Source: a virus
Strand: one strand, 5' to 3'
DNA: 64,000 nucleotides
IMG/VR virus record: IMGVR_UViG_3300030099_006908
Span: 1-64,000 of that record
Made by a program: the position numbers and the translations under genes. Under the pieces are notes generated by a model. It worked only from the letters and a program-made list of their open reading frames with translations. It did no database searches and was not told where the DNA came from. Below, in pieces: positions 15,579-24,813 of this stretch. Positions within the stretch are counted from its first letter, which is position 1. Every line of letters starts with the position of its first letter.

Positions 15579-16178
15579 ATGCGATATGATTTTATAGAAA
15601 TTGGAACGTCAAATTTTGAAACAATAGCTAGTGAGGGCCATGAAGGTCTGGCGGGAATATGCGTGGAGCCAGTCAAACACTACCTAAATCAAATACCAGA
15701 AAGAACCAACATAAAAAAGCTAAACGCAGCAATAGTTGAGAATTTTTCTGAAAAAAAAACTTTCATTCACTACATACCAGAAGAAGTTATAGATGAAAGA
15801 AAAATGCCTGAATGGATGAAGGGGTGCAATTCTATCCAAGCACCTCATCCACATCACGAAAGATACCTTGACTTAGTAGAGAAAGACGAAGTTGATGTCT
15901 ATAGCTTTTCACAGCTAGTCGATATGTTTAATATCGAAAATGCAGAATTCATAAAAGTGGACACCGAGGGGTGCGACATAGGAATAGCCATATCAATACT
16001 AAAAGAAGTAAAAAAGACAAACAAGAAATTTTTTCCTAAAACTATTCGCTTTGAGGCGAGTCCGTTTGATTTCTCTCCGTATAATTACACATACGAAATA
16101 GTTGGATTAGCGAAAGAGATTGGTTATAATTTATCATTTCACGACAGGGACGGAATACTGAGGGCTATTCTTGACTGA
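15579..16178 (+). CDS. FkbM-family methyltransferase
   Basis: FIEIG, VEP, NAAI, FIKVDTEGCD, I.FE. Confidence 0.85.
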   Translation: MRYDFIEIGTSNFETIASEGHEGLAGICVEPVKHYLNQIPERTNIKKLNAAIVENFSEKKTFIHYIPEEVIDERKMPEWMKGCNSIQAPHPHHERYLDLVEKDEVDVYSFSQLVDMFNIENAEFIKVDTEGCDIGIAISILKEVKKTNKKFFPKTIRFEASPFDFSPYNYTYEIVGLAKEIGYNLSFHDRDGILRAILD

Positions 16179-16803
16179 TAACCGCATATATTGTTTTTGG
16201 TTTGGTTCAGAAATGAACGAGCTAAGAAAAGAATCTATCAAATCTATTCAGAAAAATTCTGAGGCTGAACTTATAATTATAACAAAAGATAATCTGTATG
16301 AGCATTTGAGTGAACCTCTACATGAATCATTTCAGTTTCTAAGCTATCACCACAAATCAGACTATTTAAGATGTTATTTTATGAATTTTTACGGAGGAGG
16401 ATATTCAGATGTAAAGCCCTGTGTAGGGAGTTGGTCTGAATCTTTCAACCTGTTAAAACAAAATCATGACAAGTGGATTTGCGGATTCCAAGAATACTTC
16501 CTACACAGTTTATTTCATGGTAGAACTGACATTATTGAAAAGCATTATCCACAACAGGCACATCAAATGGGAACTCAGGCAATGATATGCAGACCGCAAA
16601 CTGATTTCACCAAAGAGTGGTACAAACTAATGCTATGCAAGCTAGACTCAAAAAAAGAACAATTCAAAAATTCCACATACCCAATCAAGTGGAATGAAAT
16701 ATTGCTAGACATATTTGAGCCTTTATGTAAAAAATACTATGACAAGATAATAAAATCGCTTCCGGCCCCAGATTGTTCGTTTCAGACTCTTCTTAACAGT
16801 TGA
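16171..16803 (+). CDS. DXD-type glycosyltransferase (GT32/capsule synthesis-like)
   Basis: IYCFWFG, KSDYLR....YGGGYSDVK. Confidence 0.8.
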   Translation: MTDNRIYCFWFGSEMNELRKESIKSIQKNSEAELIIITKDNLYEHLSEPLHESFQFLSYHHKSDYLRCYFMNFYGGGYSDVKPCVGSWSESFNLLKQNHDKWICGFQEYFLHSLFHGRTDIIEKHYPQQAHQMGTQAMICRPQTDFTKEWYKLMLCKLDSKKEQFKNSTYPIKWNEILLDIFEPLCKKYYDKIIKSLPAPDCSFQTLLNS

Positions 16804-16808
16804 AACGG

Positions 16809-16849
16809 TTGACAAAATAACGCATCATGCCATCATAATATATGAATAG
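16809..16849 (+). repeat. 41-bp direct repeat copy 1 (promoter plus start codon)
   Basis: 39/41 identical to 17498-17538. Confidence 0.9.
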
Positions 16850-17501
16850 CCCTATTGATAAAAAAATCATAAGATTCATACATATCCCAAAGACTGCGGG
16901 AGTAAGTATATTGAACGCTACTAAGAAGTCAATAGACTCCTTGGGTAAAAATGCAGGTAAATGGAATTTAAGAGGCGGCGCAAACTCATACCACAGCAGA
17001 GCATCCGAAAGGTCTGCGAACCGCGGAGAGGGTCCAACCCTTGCATACCTACAAATGCTAGAGTCGAAAGGATGTAAAGTCTCATACAAGACAGAGCAGG
17101 TGAAGGAATTTAAATTCTCTTTTGTCAGAAATCCCTGGGATAGATTCGTTAGCGCTTACGTTTACTTGTCCGAAAAACAAAACGATGAGTATCAAGAATA
17201 CATAAAACCATTCAAGTCATTTAAAGAATTTGTTATAAATGGTTCAATCGAGGGTCTGCATTTCAAAACACAAAGCTACTGGTTAGACACAGATTTGGAT
17301 TTTATAGGTAGATTTGAAAATTTACAGCTAGACTTTAATAATCTGCTTGACCGCCTGTTATTGCCAAGTCAGTTATTAGACCACAAAAATAGAACTGAAC
17401 ACAAACCATATCACGAATACTACGAACAACAAACAATCGACTGTGTAGGGCAAAAATACAAAGAAGACATAAAGAGGTTTGGCTATAAATTTAAGCATTG
17501 A
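16842..17501 (+). CDS. sulfotransferase family 2 (carbohydrate sulfotransferase-like)
   Basis: FIHIPKTAG.S, FSFVRNPWDRFVSAY, FIGRFENL, Y.EDI..FGY. Confidence 0.9.
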   Translation: MNSPIDKKIIRFIHIPKTAGVSILNATKKSIDSLGKNAGKWNLRGGANSYHSRASERSANRGEGPTLAYLQMLESKGCKVSYKTEQVKEFKFSFVRNPWDRFVSAYVYLSEKQNDEYQEYIKPFKSFKEFVINGSIEGLHFKTQSYWLDTDLDFIGRFENLQLDFNNLLDRLLLPSQLLDHKNRTEHKPYHEYYEQQTIDCVGQKYKEDIKRFGYKFKH

Positions 17502-17538
17502 CAAAATAACGCATGATGCTATCATAATATATGAATAG
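17498..17538 (+). repeat. 41-bp direct repeat copy 2 (TTGACA-N16-TATCAT, leaderless start)
   Basis: 39/41 identical to 16809-16849. Confidence 0.9.
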
Positions 17539-18115
17539 ACTTTTTGGAATGAGAACCTACCTCGTTGGGGCAATGGATAGGGTTGAAGATGGTGGTGTTG
17601 AATGGAGGGAGCAACTAGAGCCTGAGTTGAATAAACTGGGTGTGGTTGTTTTTAATCCATGTAATAAAGCTATACCCATAGCTGACGAGAGCGAAGATTC
17701 AAGAAGAAGAAGGCAAAAGTATAAAAATGCAGGAGCCTATAATTCTGCCGTAGAAGAAATGAAAGAGATTAGAAATGTTGACCTTAGAATGGTTGACATA
17801 TCTGACTTTATCATAGCGAACATAGACCTAGACGTTCACGCTTGCGGAACTTACGAAGAAATAGTTACCGCAAACAGACAAAAGAAGCCCATAATAGTCA
17901 GGATGAAGCAGGGTAAATCCCATGCTCCAGACTGGCTATTGGGCATGCTAGGTTCATCGCACAACATGATTTTTGAAACGTGGGAGCAGATTATAGACTA
18001 TCTGAATGATGTAAACGAATGCTCAGAACGCAGCATCAAAACTCTAAATCATCACGACAGATGGGTATTCTTTGACCTTCATTCTTTATATAGCAAAATA
18101 CTTAATGGTGTATAA
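17531..18115 (+). CDS. nucleoside 2-deoxyribosyltransferase-like protein
   Basis: YLVGAM, WR, VFNP, DLRMVDISD, GTYEE, KP. Confidence 0.8.
   Translation: MNRLFGMRTYLVGAMDRVEDGGVEWREQLEPELNKLGVVVFNPCNKAIPIADESEDSRRRRQKYKNAGAYNSAVEEMKEIRNVDLRMVDISDFIIANIDLDVHACGTYEEIVTANRQKKPIIVRMKQGKSHAPDWLLGMLGSSHNMIFETWEQIIDYLNDVNECSERSIKTLNHHDRWVFFDLHSLYSKILNGV
18107..18114 (+). promoter_or_regulatory. GGTGTATA phage-specific promoter motif
   Basis: Recurs at gene boundaries: 21020, 28975, 33577, 36466, 37240, 39300. Confidence 0.65.
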
Positions 18116-18129
18116 TACGGAGAAGGGGA

Positions 18130-18306
18130 ATGCCCATAAATAGACATGAAGAAAGAAACCTGTTTTCTTTTTCAACAATTAAAAATGTCAGAGAACTGAT
18201 TAAAAAAATAAATCGTCTTGTCGACAAGGTTGACGCAAACGGTTTTAGATTTAAGTTAGTCAAACTCTGGCCCTTAACATTTGACATTAGGATAAAAGAA
18301 AAATGA
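18130..18306 (+). CDS. small hypothetical protein
   Basis: 58-aa ORF with SD; ATGA overlap. Confidence 0.6.
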   Translation: MPINRHEERNLFSFSTIKNVRELIKKINRLVDKVDANGFRFKLVKLWPLTFDIRIKEK

Positions 18307-18653
18307 TTGATTTTATTACAGAAAATAAAGGCTGGGTTATTGTTGCCGTTGTTCTTCTTTTGCTGTTTAACAACAGAGAAAAACTTTCGTTTCTGTACAC
18401 ATGGCCCGCAAAGATTTTAGGTTTGCTTAAATTTCCATCAAGAAGTAGAAGCGCAAGTCCAGATGACAGAAAGGCATTGTACGACTGCTTAATTCAGCTT
18501 CAAGACTATCTGGCTATTTGTGGAGTTGAAAGAGAAAAGATGGATAGTCTAACACTTGCGGAGGTTGGCGAACTTACTGTTAGTGCCACTACACCTCTCA
18601 AGCAATCTTTAAGAGGCGTACATCCAGACGTTAATTTATTGGATGGGGTGTAA
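18303..18653 (+). CDS. membrane-anchored protein
   Basis: N-terminal TM segment. Confidence 0.75.
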   Translation: MIDFITENKGWVIVAVVLLLLFNNREKLSFLYTWPAKILGLLKFPSRSRSASPDDRKALYDCLIQLQDYLAICGVEREKMDSLTLAEVGELTVSATTPLKQSLRGVHPDVNLLDGV

Positions 18654-18656
18654 GCC

Positions 18657-19028
18657 ATGAAAAGCACAATAAACACAGTATGTATAGTTCTTCTAGCCAT
18701 ACTGCTTCTGGATGCTGACTGGAACTTCAAGCTGCCAACTATCAGCACACCTGATACGGTTGCAGTGATTTATGAATCTTCTGACACAATACCTCCACCA
18801 TACGTTACGGGGGCTTTGGGTAGTTTACAAGCAGATGGTTTACAAACCAGAATTTTTGATAAAGACGTAGTTACCGGAACAGGTCAGGTTCCAGAGTATT
18901 TGAAAAACGCTATTAACGAAGCTACAAAGAACGGACTTCCCGCTTTGGTTGTTCTGTCTAAAGGAAATGTAATTAAGGTTCAGGATTTACCCAAAACCGA
19001 ATCAGAGATTATAGAGGCAGTAAAATGA
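18657..19028 (+). CDS. exported small protein, partner of papain-like peptidase 1
   Basis: Signal/TM segment; LPALVV...LP motif shared with 19839-20213. Confidence 0.75.
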   Translation: MKSTINTVCIVLLAILLLDADWNFKLPTISTPDTVAVIYESSDTIPPPYVTGALGSLQADGLQTRIFDKDVVTGTGQVPEYLKNAINEATKNGLPALVVLSKGNVIKVQDLPKTESEIIEAVK

Positions 19029-19837
19029 TAGACCCTAAATTAGTTGACGTTGAATTTGAATTTGATGGCTTATCATCTGATATAAAAGAGGAAGACTTGG
19101 TATATGCTGGTGCAAAAAGACTGCCCAGCGAATTTTATATAGACAGGTCAGAGTGGGATGACCGTATTCGTGAACATGAGAAACATAAGAGCAGCGCGGA
19201 TTTCTTTAGCGGTCGCTTCACAAACCAAGCAAACAGCCATGAGTGCGTCTGCCACGCTGCACAACAAGCGTTTATGACAGCATACAACAGACAGTTGGGT
19301 GGACTAGAATATGACGTATGGTTTAGCCCTCTTGCTTTGTATACTAGAATAACAGGCGGTCGAAGATGGGGTGGTTCTGTGGTTATTGATTCTATGTATG
19401 AGATGATAGAGAACGGAATGATTCCTGACCATGACGGACCAGCAGGAAATAATAGCCAGAAAGACAAGTTCAAGCACACGCTCCATCAAACCTCTGGAAG
19501 AACAGAGGACTGGTGGCCTACAAGCGGTTGGGTTCGACCTTCTGAACTGCCTAGCGGATGGAAAGAAACCGCAAAACATTTTCGCGCTTTGGAAGTTTAT
19601 ACTGTACCAAACGAAGAGGCACACGCCAGTTGTTTATTACATGGTTTATGCGTTGTAAATGGTCGTAACGGTCATTCAATTCCGCATATGAATTTGGTGA
19701 AAGATGATGGTCGTTATTACTCCAGATATAAGGACAGCTATAACGTATTTAGGTATGATAGCCAAAGACTGTGGGGAGGCGGCTATGTAATTAGAAGCAC
19801 CACCATGCCGAATGACCCATCAAAACCAGCGAGTTAA
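19025..19837 (+). CDS. papain-like (C1) cysteine peptidase 1
   Basis: Q...HECVCHA (catalytic Cys), GHSI (His), KDSY (Asp at the Asn position). Confidence 0.75.
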   Translation: MIDPKLVDVEFEFDGLSSDIKEEDLVYAGAKRLPSEFYIDRSEWDDRIREHEKHKSSADFFSGRFTNQANSHECVCHAAQQAFMTAYNRQLGGLEYDVWFSPLALYTRITGGRRWGGSVVIDSMYEMIENGMIPDHDGPAGNNSQKDKFKHTLHQTSGRTEDWWPTSGWVRPSELPSGWKETAKHFRALEVYTVPNEEAHASCLLHGLCVVNGRNGHSIPHMNLVKDDGRYYSRYKDSYNVFRYDSQRLWGGGYVIRSTTMPNDPSKPAS

Positions 19838-19838
19838 A

Positions 19839-20213
19839 ATGAAAAGCGCTATAAACGCCACATCTATTTTTGTAGCAGCCATTGCTTTTTCAAGCATGCT
19901 GGGCAGCGAAACCAATGTAGACAAACTTAGTGTGTTGATAATAGAAGAAACAGAAAACAGAAGCTCCATTCCTCCTGTACAACTTAACGCAATATTTTCA
20001 AACTCTTGGAAAGAGTACGTTGATGAGCAGCAAGGCCAATGGCGAGTTCTAGACCAACACTCGGACATACAAAAAGAACAGGCATGGGTAGTAAATTTAT
20101 TTGATTTAAAAAGAGACTCTCTCCCTTGGCTTATCGTTGCTAATAAAGATTACTTAAAATCATGCCCACTTCCAGACGACATAAACGGTATTATGAAAGA
20201 GATTAAAAGATGA
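19839..20213 (+). CDS. exported small protein, partner of papain-like peptidase 2
   Basis: Signal peptide; V.IIEE, LPWLIV...PLP. Confidence 0.75.
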   Translation: MKSAINATSIFVAAIAFSSMLGSETNVDKLSVLIIEETENRSSIPPVQLNAIFSNSWKEYVDEQQGQWRVLDQHSDIQKEQAWVVNLFDLKRDSLPWLIVANKDYLKSCPLPDDINGIMKEIKR

Positions 20214-21010
20214 GCTACGTTTCAATTCTTTACGATGGAGAGCCTATCATAAAGAGCGCAGACGAGGTTAATGTTCAAGTTCCAGAAAATTTATCGACCG
20301 GACTAAAAAAGAGAGACACCTCTAAATTTCCACTGTATGGATTTGCCAAGCCTGTGGACATGCCGATAATACCAAGGTCAGAGTGGACTGAAAGAATAAA
20401 AGAAATAGAACAAAGCAAGAGCAGGCTATCAGACCTTTCTTACTCTAAAGGAATTTTATGTAAGAGTCAGGAAAAAACAAATTATTGTTGGGCAAATTCT
20501 ATAGTGTATTGTGTTGAGCTAGTCAGGATGTCAATGGGTCTTGGCGTGAAATATCTTTCTCCGGCTAGCGTAGCGGCTCCTATAAAAAACTATAAAAATC
20601 ATGCTGGATTTGCCTCAGAAGCCTTAAAATACATAATAGATAACGGAGTATTTACAGAGGATGCTTGGCCTGCAAATGCCATAGACCAAAAATACTTTGA
20701 CAAAGAAAAAAACAGAGAGCTGGCAAGAGAATACGCTGTTACTGAATGGTATGATATTGCACCTAAAAATTTTGAACAAGTAATGACCTGCCTTCTTTTA
20801 AGGATTCCTGTTGCGGTGGGTTATTACTGGTGGATGCATCAGGTTTGCGCTGTTGACCCAATATCTTTAGGGGCAAATGTATACGGAATACGCATACGAA
20901 ATTCTTGGGGTATGGATTACGGTAAAGATGGGTACGCAATAATAAGAGAAAATCTTGCTGCCCCAGACGATGCCGTTGCCCCAAGAGTAACAAAATCATA
21001 TATGGAATAA
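20210..21010 (+). CDS. papain-like (C1) cysteine peptidase 2
   Basis: Q...NYCWAN, WWMHQV, IRNSWG..YG.DGY. Confidence 0.85.
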   Translation: MSYVSILYDGEPIIKSADEVNVQVPENLSTGLKKRDTSKFPLYGFAKPVDMPIIPRSEWTERIKEIEQSKSRLSDLSYSKGILCKSQEKTNYCWANSIVYCVELVRMSMGLGVKYLSPASVAAPIKNYKNHAGFASEALKYIIDNGVFTEDAWPANAIDQKYFDKEKNRELAREYAVTEWYDIAPKNFEQVMTCLLLRIPVAVGYYWWMHQVCAVDPISLGANVYGIRIRNSWGMDYGKDGYAIIRENLAAPDDAVAPRVTKSYME

Positions 21011-21062
21011 TTTAAAATTGGTGTATAATTAAATGGCAACATAATTTATTTGGTGATTTAAG

Positions 21063-21275
21063 ATGAAGACCATTAACGTAGCTGGAATTATAATACTTGG
21101 CCTTACTGTTTTCTCAACAGATGAAAAGACTGATATTCCTCAAGTATGCATTCCAGTTGTTGAGCCAGGAGTAGAAATTGAAAAGGAGGCCGTAGTTGTG
21201 CAAAGCAAGCCAGCTACGGACAACTTTTCCAGACCAAGAAAACCCTGTCCCCCAAGTGGGCCAGGAAGACAATGA
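21063..21275 (+). CDS. small exported protein
   Basis: N-terminal hydrophobic segment; follows GGTGTATA motif. Confidence 0.6.
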   Translation: MKTINVAGIIILGLTVFSTDEKTDIPQVCIPVVEPGVEIEKEAVVVQSKPATDNFSRPRKPCPPSGPGRQ

Positions 21276-21329
21276 CCATAAAACCAACACAACGAGGCGG
21301 TCGCCTCCAAGAAGAAGGTTGTTTAGAAT

Positions 21330-21638
21330 ATGGCAAAGACGATAGCCGGTCTACAACTCGAAGCATCTACGAAAGGCCCCTGGTTAGCCAGGAGGTTTCC
21401 CACCATAACCAACGCAGTTGTCTATCAATGCGTTACTCACTGGTACAGCCTGAGCGCATCTGTTGGAGAAAGAATGTGGGCAGAAAGAATTATAAAGCAA
21501 AGAGTACAGAAAGCATTTCCAGTTATATATGCTATCGTAATAAAAATAATTGTTTCCTTGATTATATCTTGGATGCTAAAGAAAAGGAATTATAGATTTA
21601 ACAAGGATGTGGAAAACATTTACAAGTATTTACAGTAA
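21330..21638 (+). CDS. membrane protein
   Basis: C-terminal TM segment. Confidence 0.6.
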   Translation: MAKTIAGLQLEASTKGPWLARRFPTITNAVVYQCVTHWYSLSASVGERMWAERIIKQRVQKAFPVIYAIVIKIIVSLIISWMLKKRNYRFNKDVENIYKYLQ

Positions 21639-21654
21639 AGTAAAGGAGTTTAAT

Positions 21655-21822
21655 ATGAAAAGTAATTGGCGAACTACTGTTGCAGGTCTTTGTACAGCAG
21701 CAATCGCTTGCCTCGCAGCAGGTAGAGCAATCGTTGATGGCGAATCACCTGATTGGCCGACTACTATTGCAGCAATTACGGCAGCTTGGGGACTGTTGTT
21801 TGCAAAAGACGCAAAGAATTAA
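21655..21822 (+). CDS. holin-like small membrane protein
   Basis: MKSNWRTTVAG; two TM segments; GLLFAKD end; AAGGAG SD. Confidence 0.6.
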   Translation: MKSNWRTTVAGLCTAAIACLAAGRAIVDGESPDWPTTIAAITAAWGLLFAKDAKN

Positions 21823-21851
21823 TTTTTCTTTTCACAAGAGGGAGAAAAATC

Positions 21852-22241
21852 ATGTGGAACGAATGCAAGGGATTCATAGCAGTGATGGTTATATTTGCAC
21901 TCGCTGCTTGCTTGATTATAATTGGCATGCTCATAGAGAGAGAAGCCAGCAACAAAGAGCTTCCAAGGCTAAGCTCAAGAGAGATTTCTATGAACTTTGG
22001 TGTTGCGACTAAGGCACAAAAATTTCAAAAACAAAATTATGCACATGCAAACATGGCTAAGGTTAAAAATACAACAAATATAGGTTTAGCAAATTTAGCT
22101 CCAGCTTCATATTCGTATTCTGTTGCCCCTTACGCAAAAATAAAACCGCCAACAAACTTAGGGGTTGCACCCCATGCGAGCGTCATAGTATATCCTAATA
22201 ATATTTTTTTAAGTAAAAAATTTAGGGAGAAAAATCAATGA
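21852..22241 (+). CDS. membrane-anchored hypothetical protein
   Basis: GAGGGAG SD; N-terminal TM segment. Confidence 0.65.
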   Translation: MWNECKGFIAVMVIFALAACLIIIGMLIEREASNKELPRLSSREISMNFGVATKAQKFQKQNYAHANMAKVKNTTNIGLANLAPASYSYSVAPYAKIKPPTNLGVAPHASVIVYPNNIFLSKKFREKNQ

Positions 22242-22462
22242 AAATACTAAAAGAGCTTTCAGCAGAGGCCGTTGGAGTTATTTTGTCTATCATTGTTATG
22301 ATTGCCAGCGTTGGAGCCACTTTTGGAATTACTCAGCACCAGATAAGTAAACACGAACAGAGGCTGCAGGACATGGATAAAGAATACCAAAGAGACCATG
22401 ACCTACTCCTTCAAATCAAAAGAGACGTACACTGGATTAGAGGTTCACTAGAGTCAAAGTGA
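22238..22462 (+). CDS. TM plus coiled-coil protein (holin/antiholin-like)
   Basis: One TM segment then coiled coil ending DV.WIR..LE. Confidence 0.6.
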   Translation: MKILKELSAEAVGVILSIIVMIASVGATFGITQHQISKHEQRLQDMDKEYQRDHDLLLQIKRDVHWIRGSLESK

Positions 22463-22484
22463 CCTTTACAAAACAAATACTTAT

Positions 22485-22515
22485 GGGCCAGTTAATTTTA
22501 ATTGGCCTCTTTTTT
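22485..22515 (+). terminator. Rho-independent terminator
   Basis: GGCCAGTT/AATTGGCC stem plus T-tract. Confidence 0.65.
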
Positions 22516-22584
22516 ATTGACAAATTCTGCTTTTTTGTGTATATATAATAGTCTAATCATATGCGCAGTTAGCGGAATTTTCTT

Positions 22585-22887
22585 ATGATAAATAAATGCA
22601 AGTATTGTGAAGATGGCTATGTTAAAAAGAACGGTGTTTATACTCCATGCAAACATTGTATAACTCCAGATAGATTTCAAGCCACTCTTGAAAAGGCAAT
22701 ATCTAACTGTGTTGATAGTTTTAAAAGAAAAACTCTGATTAGGATGAAACAAAATTTACCAGACTATCCTGTTATGGCATTGATGGAGGCAGAGCATTAC
22801 GGAAAGTTCTCAAAAGAATTTATTTCCACACTCAAGGAAGCCTACGACATAAAGCCTTTTATGGATGTCATTTATAAACCAATATGA
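22585..22887 (+). CDS. zinc-finger hypothetical protein
   Basis: CKYC...CKHC. Confidence 0.7.
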   Translation: MINKCKYCEDGYVKKNGVYTPCKHCITPDRFQATLEKAISNCVDSFKRKTLIRMKQNLPDYPVMALMEAEHYGKFSKEFISTLKEAYDIKPFMDVIYKPI

Positions 22888-22902
22888 CATTAGGAGAAAA
22901 AA

Positions 22903-23190
22903 TTGCGAGCGCTATGGCTTTTATATGCCATAGTCAGCCTAGCGGATTTGATATTAACATGCTTGTATCTGAGCCCACAGCTAGAGGCTAACCCAATAGC
23001 ATCATGGATATGGTCTAAGTTTGGCTATTTAGGTATAATATCTTTCAAGTTTTTAATCATACTATGCTTAGTGTATCCAATATGTAGCATGATAGAAAAT
23101 AGAAGTCCCATTGCCGCTAGAATAGTTTTATCTCTAGGAATATTTTTTACTTGTGTTGCGTTAATACTGTTTGGAGTTTTTTATATATGA
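22903..23190 (+). CDS. DUF5658-like membrane protein
   Basis: DL.LT, EANP, FK motifs with three TM segments. Confidence 0.7.
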   Translation: MRALWLLYAIVSLADLILTCLYLSPQLEANPIASWIWSKFGYLGIISFKFLIILCLVYPICSMIENRSPIAARIVLSLGIFFTCVALILFGVFYI

Positions 23191-23318
23191 GCAATGGAAA
23201 AGGAAGTAAGCGAAGGTCTATGAAAATTTCACAGGAAAAATATTACGAAAACTGGAACAAAATTTTCAACAAGAAAAATCAAAATAATAAAACAAAAAAG
23301 AAAAAAAGGGAGGACTAG
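23187..23318 (+). CDS. small basic phage protein
   Basis: MSNGKGSKRR...Y.ENW..IF. Confidence 0.6.
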   Translation: MSNGKGSKRRSMKISQEKYYENWNKIFNKKNQNNKTKKKKRED

Positions 23319-23320
23319 TC

Positions 23321-24424
23321 ATGAAAAAGGCAGTCGCATTCAAAAATTATACAATCGGCCGAAACTGCGGGGAGCGTGGTTGGCTCACCCTCTCCGTCAG
23401 TAATTTTAAAGTTATGCTTATTGCGTTGATGTTGTTTTCCGGTCTACACCTTACTGCTTCAGCAGAAGAGATTCAAGGGCCGCTTGCCCCATATCTTCAA
23501 AGCATTTCCGTAACAATTCGCGCCGACAGAGGACAGGGCTCTGGAGTTCTCGTTACCAGAGAGATGATTGGGCTCGATGGTAAGCCTGTGAAAGTAAATT
23601 TTGTTTGGACAGCAGCTCATGTTTTAAGCCGACTCAGAAAAACCAGAACTATAATTGACACTAAAACAGGTCAATCAAAAACATTAGTAGAGTTTAGGGA
23701 TGCGGAGATTGTTCAAGAGATAGTCGAGAATGGTCGTAGGGTTGGCGAAAAGAAAATGCTAGCTAGTGTTATTAAATATAGTGATGCGGATGAGGGTCAA
23801 GACCTCGCCCTGCTAATGGTGAGAAAAATTGGAATGACAGAACAAAGCGCGGTTTTTTACGACACGGAAAACGATATACTTCCCATTGGGACCAAAGTAT
23901 TTCACGTTGGCTCTTTGCATGGTCAGTTTGGCGCTAACAGTATGACTGACGGAATTATGTCTCAGATTGGCAGAGTCTTAAACATTGGCAGCGCTGGTGG
24001 TGGCGTTGTGTTTGACCAAACAACTGTCAACGCTTTTCCTGGCAGCAGTGGGGGTGGTGTTTATGTGGCTGGCGACACAGAAGAAACAAAGAAATACCGA
24101 GGACAATACTGCGGTATGATTGTTCGTGGCGCTGGAGAAACTTTTAACCTGATTGTTCCTATTAGACGCATGCGAGCGTGGGCTAAGGCCGCTGGTTGTG
24201 AATGGGCTATTAAGAATGACCCAAAAATCACCCCTCCCCTCTCCGAAATCTACAGCCCCAAGTGGGTAATAGAAGACACTGGAGGGATTTGGAACACCAA
24301 AGCTAGCCAGGTCAAAGAAACGGCGTTCTTCTTCTGGCTTAGAGATAGAACTAAGGTTGTTGCAACCATATTAAAACCAGAAGCAACTAAATCTGAAACT
24401 TATATAGAGTTAATGCCTAAATGA
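23321..24424 (+). CDS. trypsin-like serine protease, exported
   Basis: GSGV, TAAHV, DLALL, PGSSGGGV catalytic triad. Confidence 0.9.
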   Translation: MKKAVAFKNYTIGRNCGERGWLTLSVSNFKVMLIALMLFSGLHLTASAEEIQGPLAPYLQSISVTIRADRGQGSGVLVTREMIGLDGKPVKVNFVWTAAHVLSRLRKTRTIIDTKTGQSKTLVEFRDAEIVQEIVENGRRVGEKKMLASVIKYSDADEGQDLALLMVRKIGMTEQSAVFYDTENDILPIGTKVFHVGSLHGQFGANSMTDGIMSQIGRVLNIGSAGGGVVFDQTTVNAFPGSSGGGVYVAGDTEETKKYRGQYCGMIVRGAGETFNLIVPIRRMRAWAKAAGCEWAIKNDPKITPPLSEIYSPKWVIEDTGGIWNTKASQVKETAFFFWLRDRTKVVATILKPEATKSETYIELMPK

Positions 24425-24813
24425 TAAGGCCAAAACCAGAAGACAGGGAAACTGAGTGGTCAAAATGGATTGCTCATCAAATGCATGGCGAAGCAGAGGC
24501 AAGAACCTTCTGCGGTGCTAGGTGTGATGTTCTAACCGAAACTCACGCCTGGGAAGTGGAGTGGATGAATAAGTACAATCAAGCCCCTGGGCAAGCCCTG
24601 CTTTATGCCTCTCTGTTTAATAAAAAGCCTGGAATAATTCTTCTCTCTAAAGCTGATGATAGAGACAGTATCTATTATTTACGATGCGCTGTGATATGTG
24701 AAAAAGCCGGTATAGACCTGCAAGTTGTAGAGACGTATGACGAGCATCAGGATAAGATTGGTTTAGCAGATGTAATAAAACATGGATGGGATAAATTAAG
24801 GGGGAAAAATTGA
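24421..24813 (+). CDS. PD-(D/E)XK nuclease-like protein
   Basis: RCDVL....WEVEW....APGQAL.YA. Confidence 0.65.
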   Translation: MIRPKPEDRETEWSKWIAHQMHGEAEARTFCGARCDVLTETHAWEVEWMNKYNQAPGQALLYASLFNKKPGIILLSKADDRDSIYYLRCAVICEKAGIDLQVVETYDEHQDKIGLADVIKHGWDKLRGKN

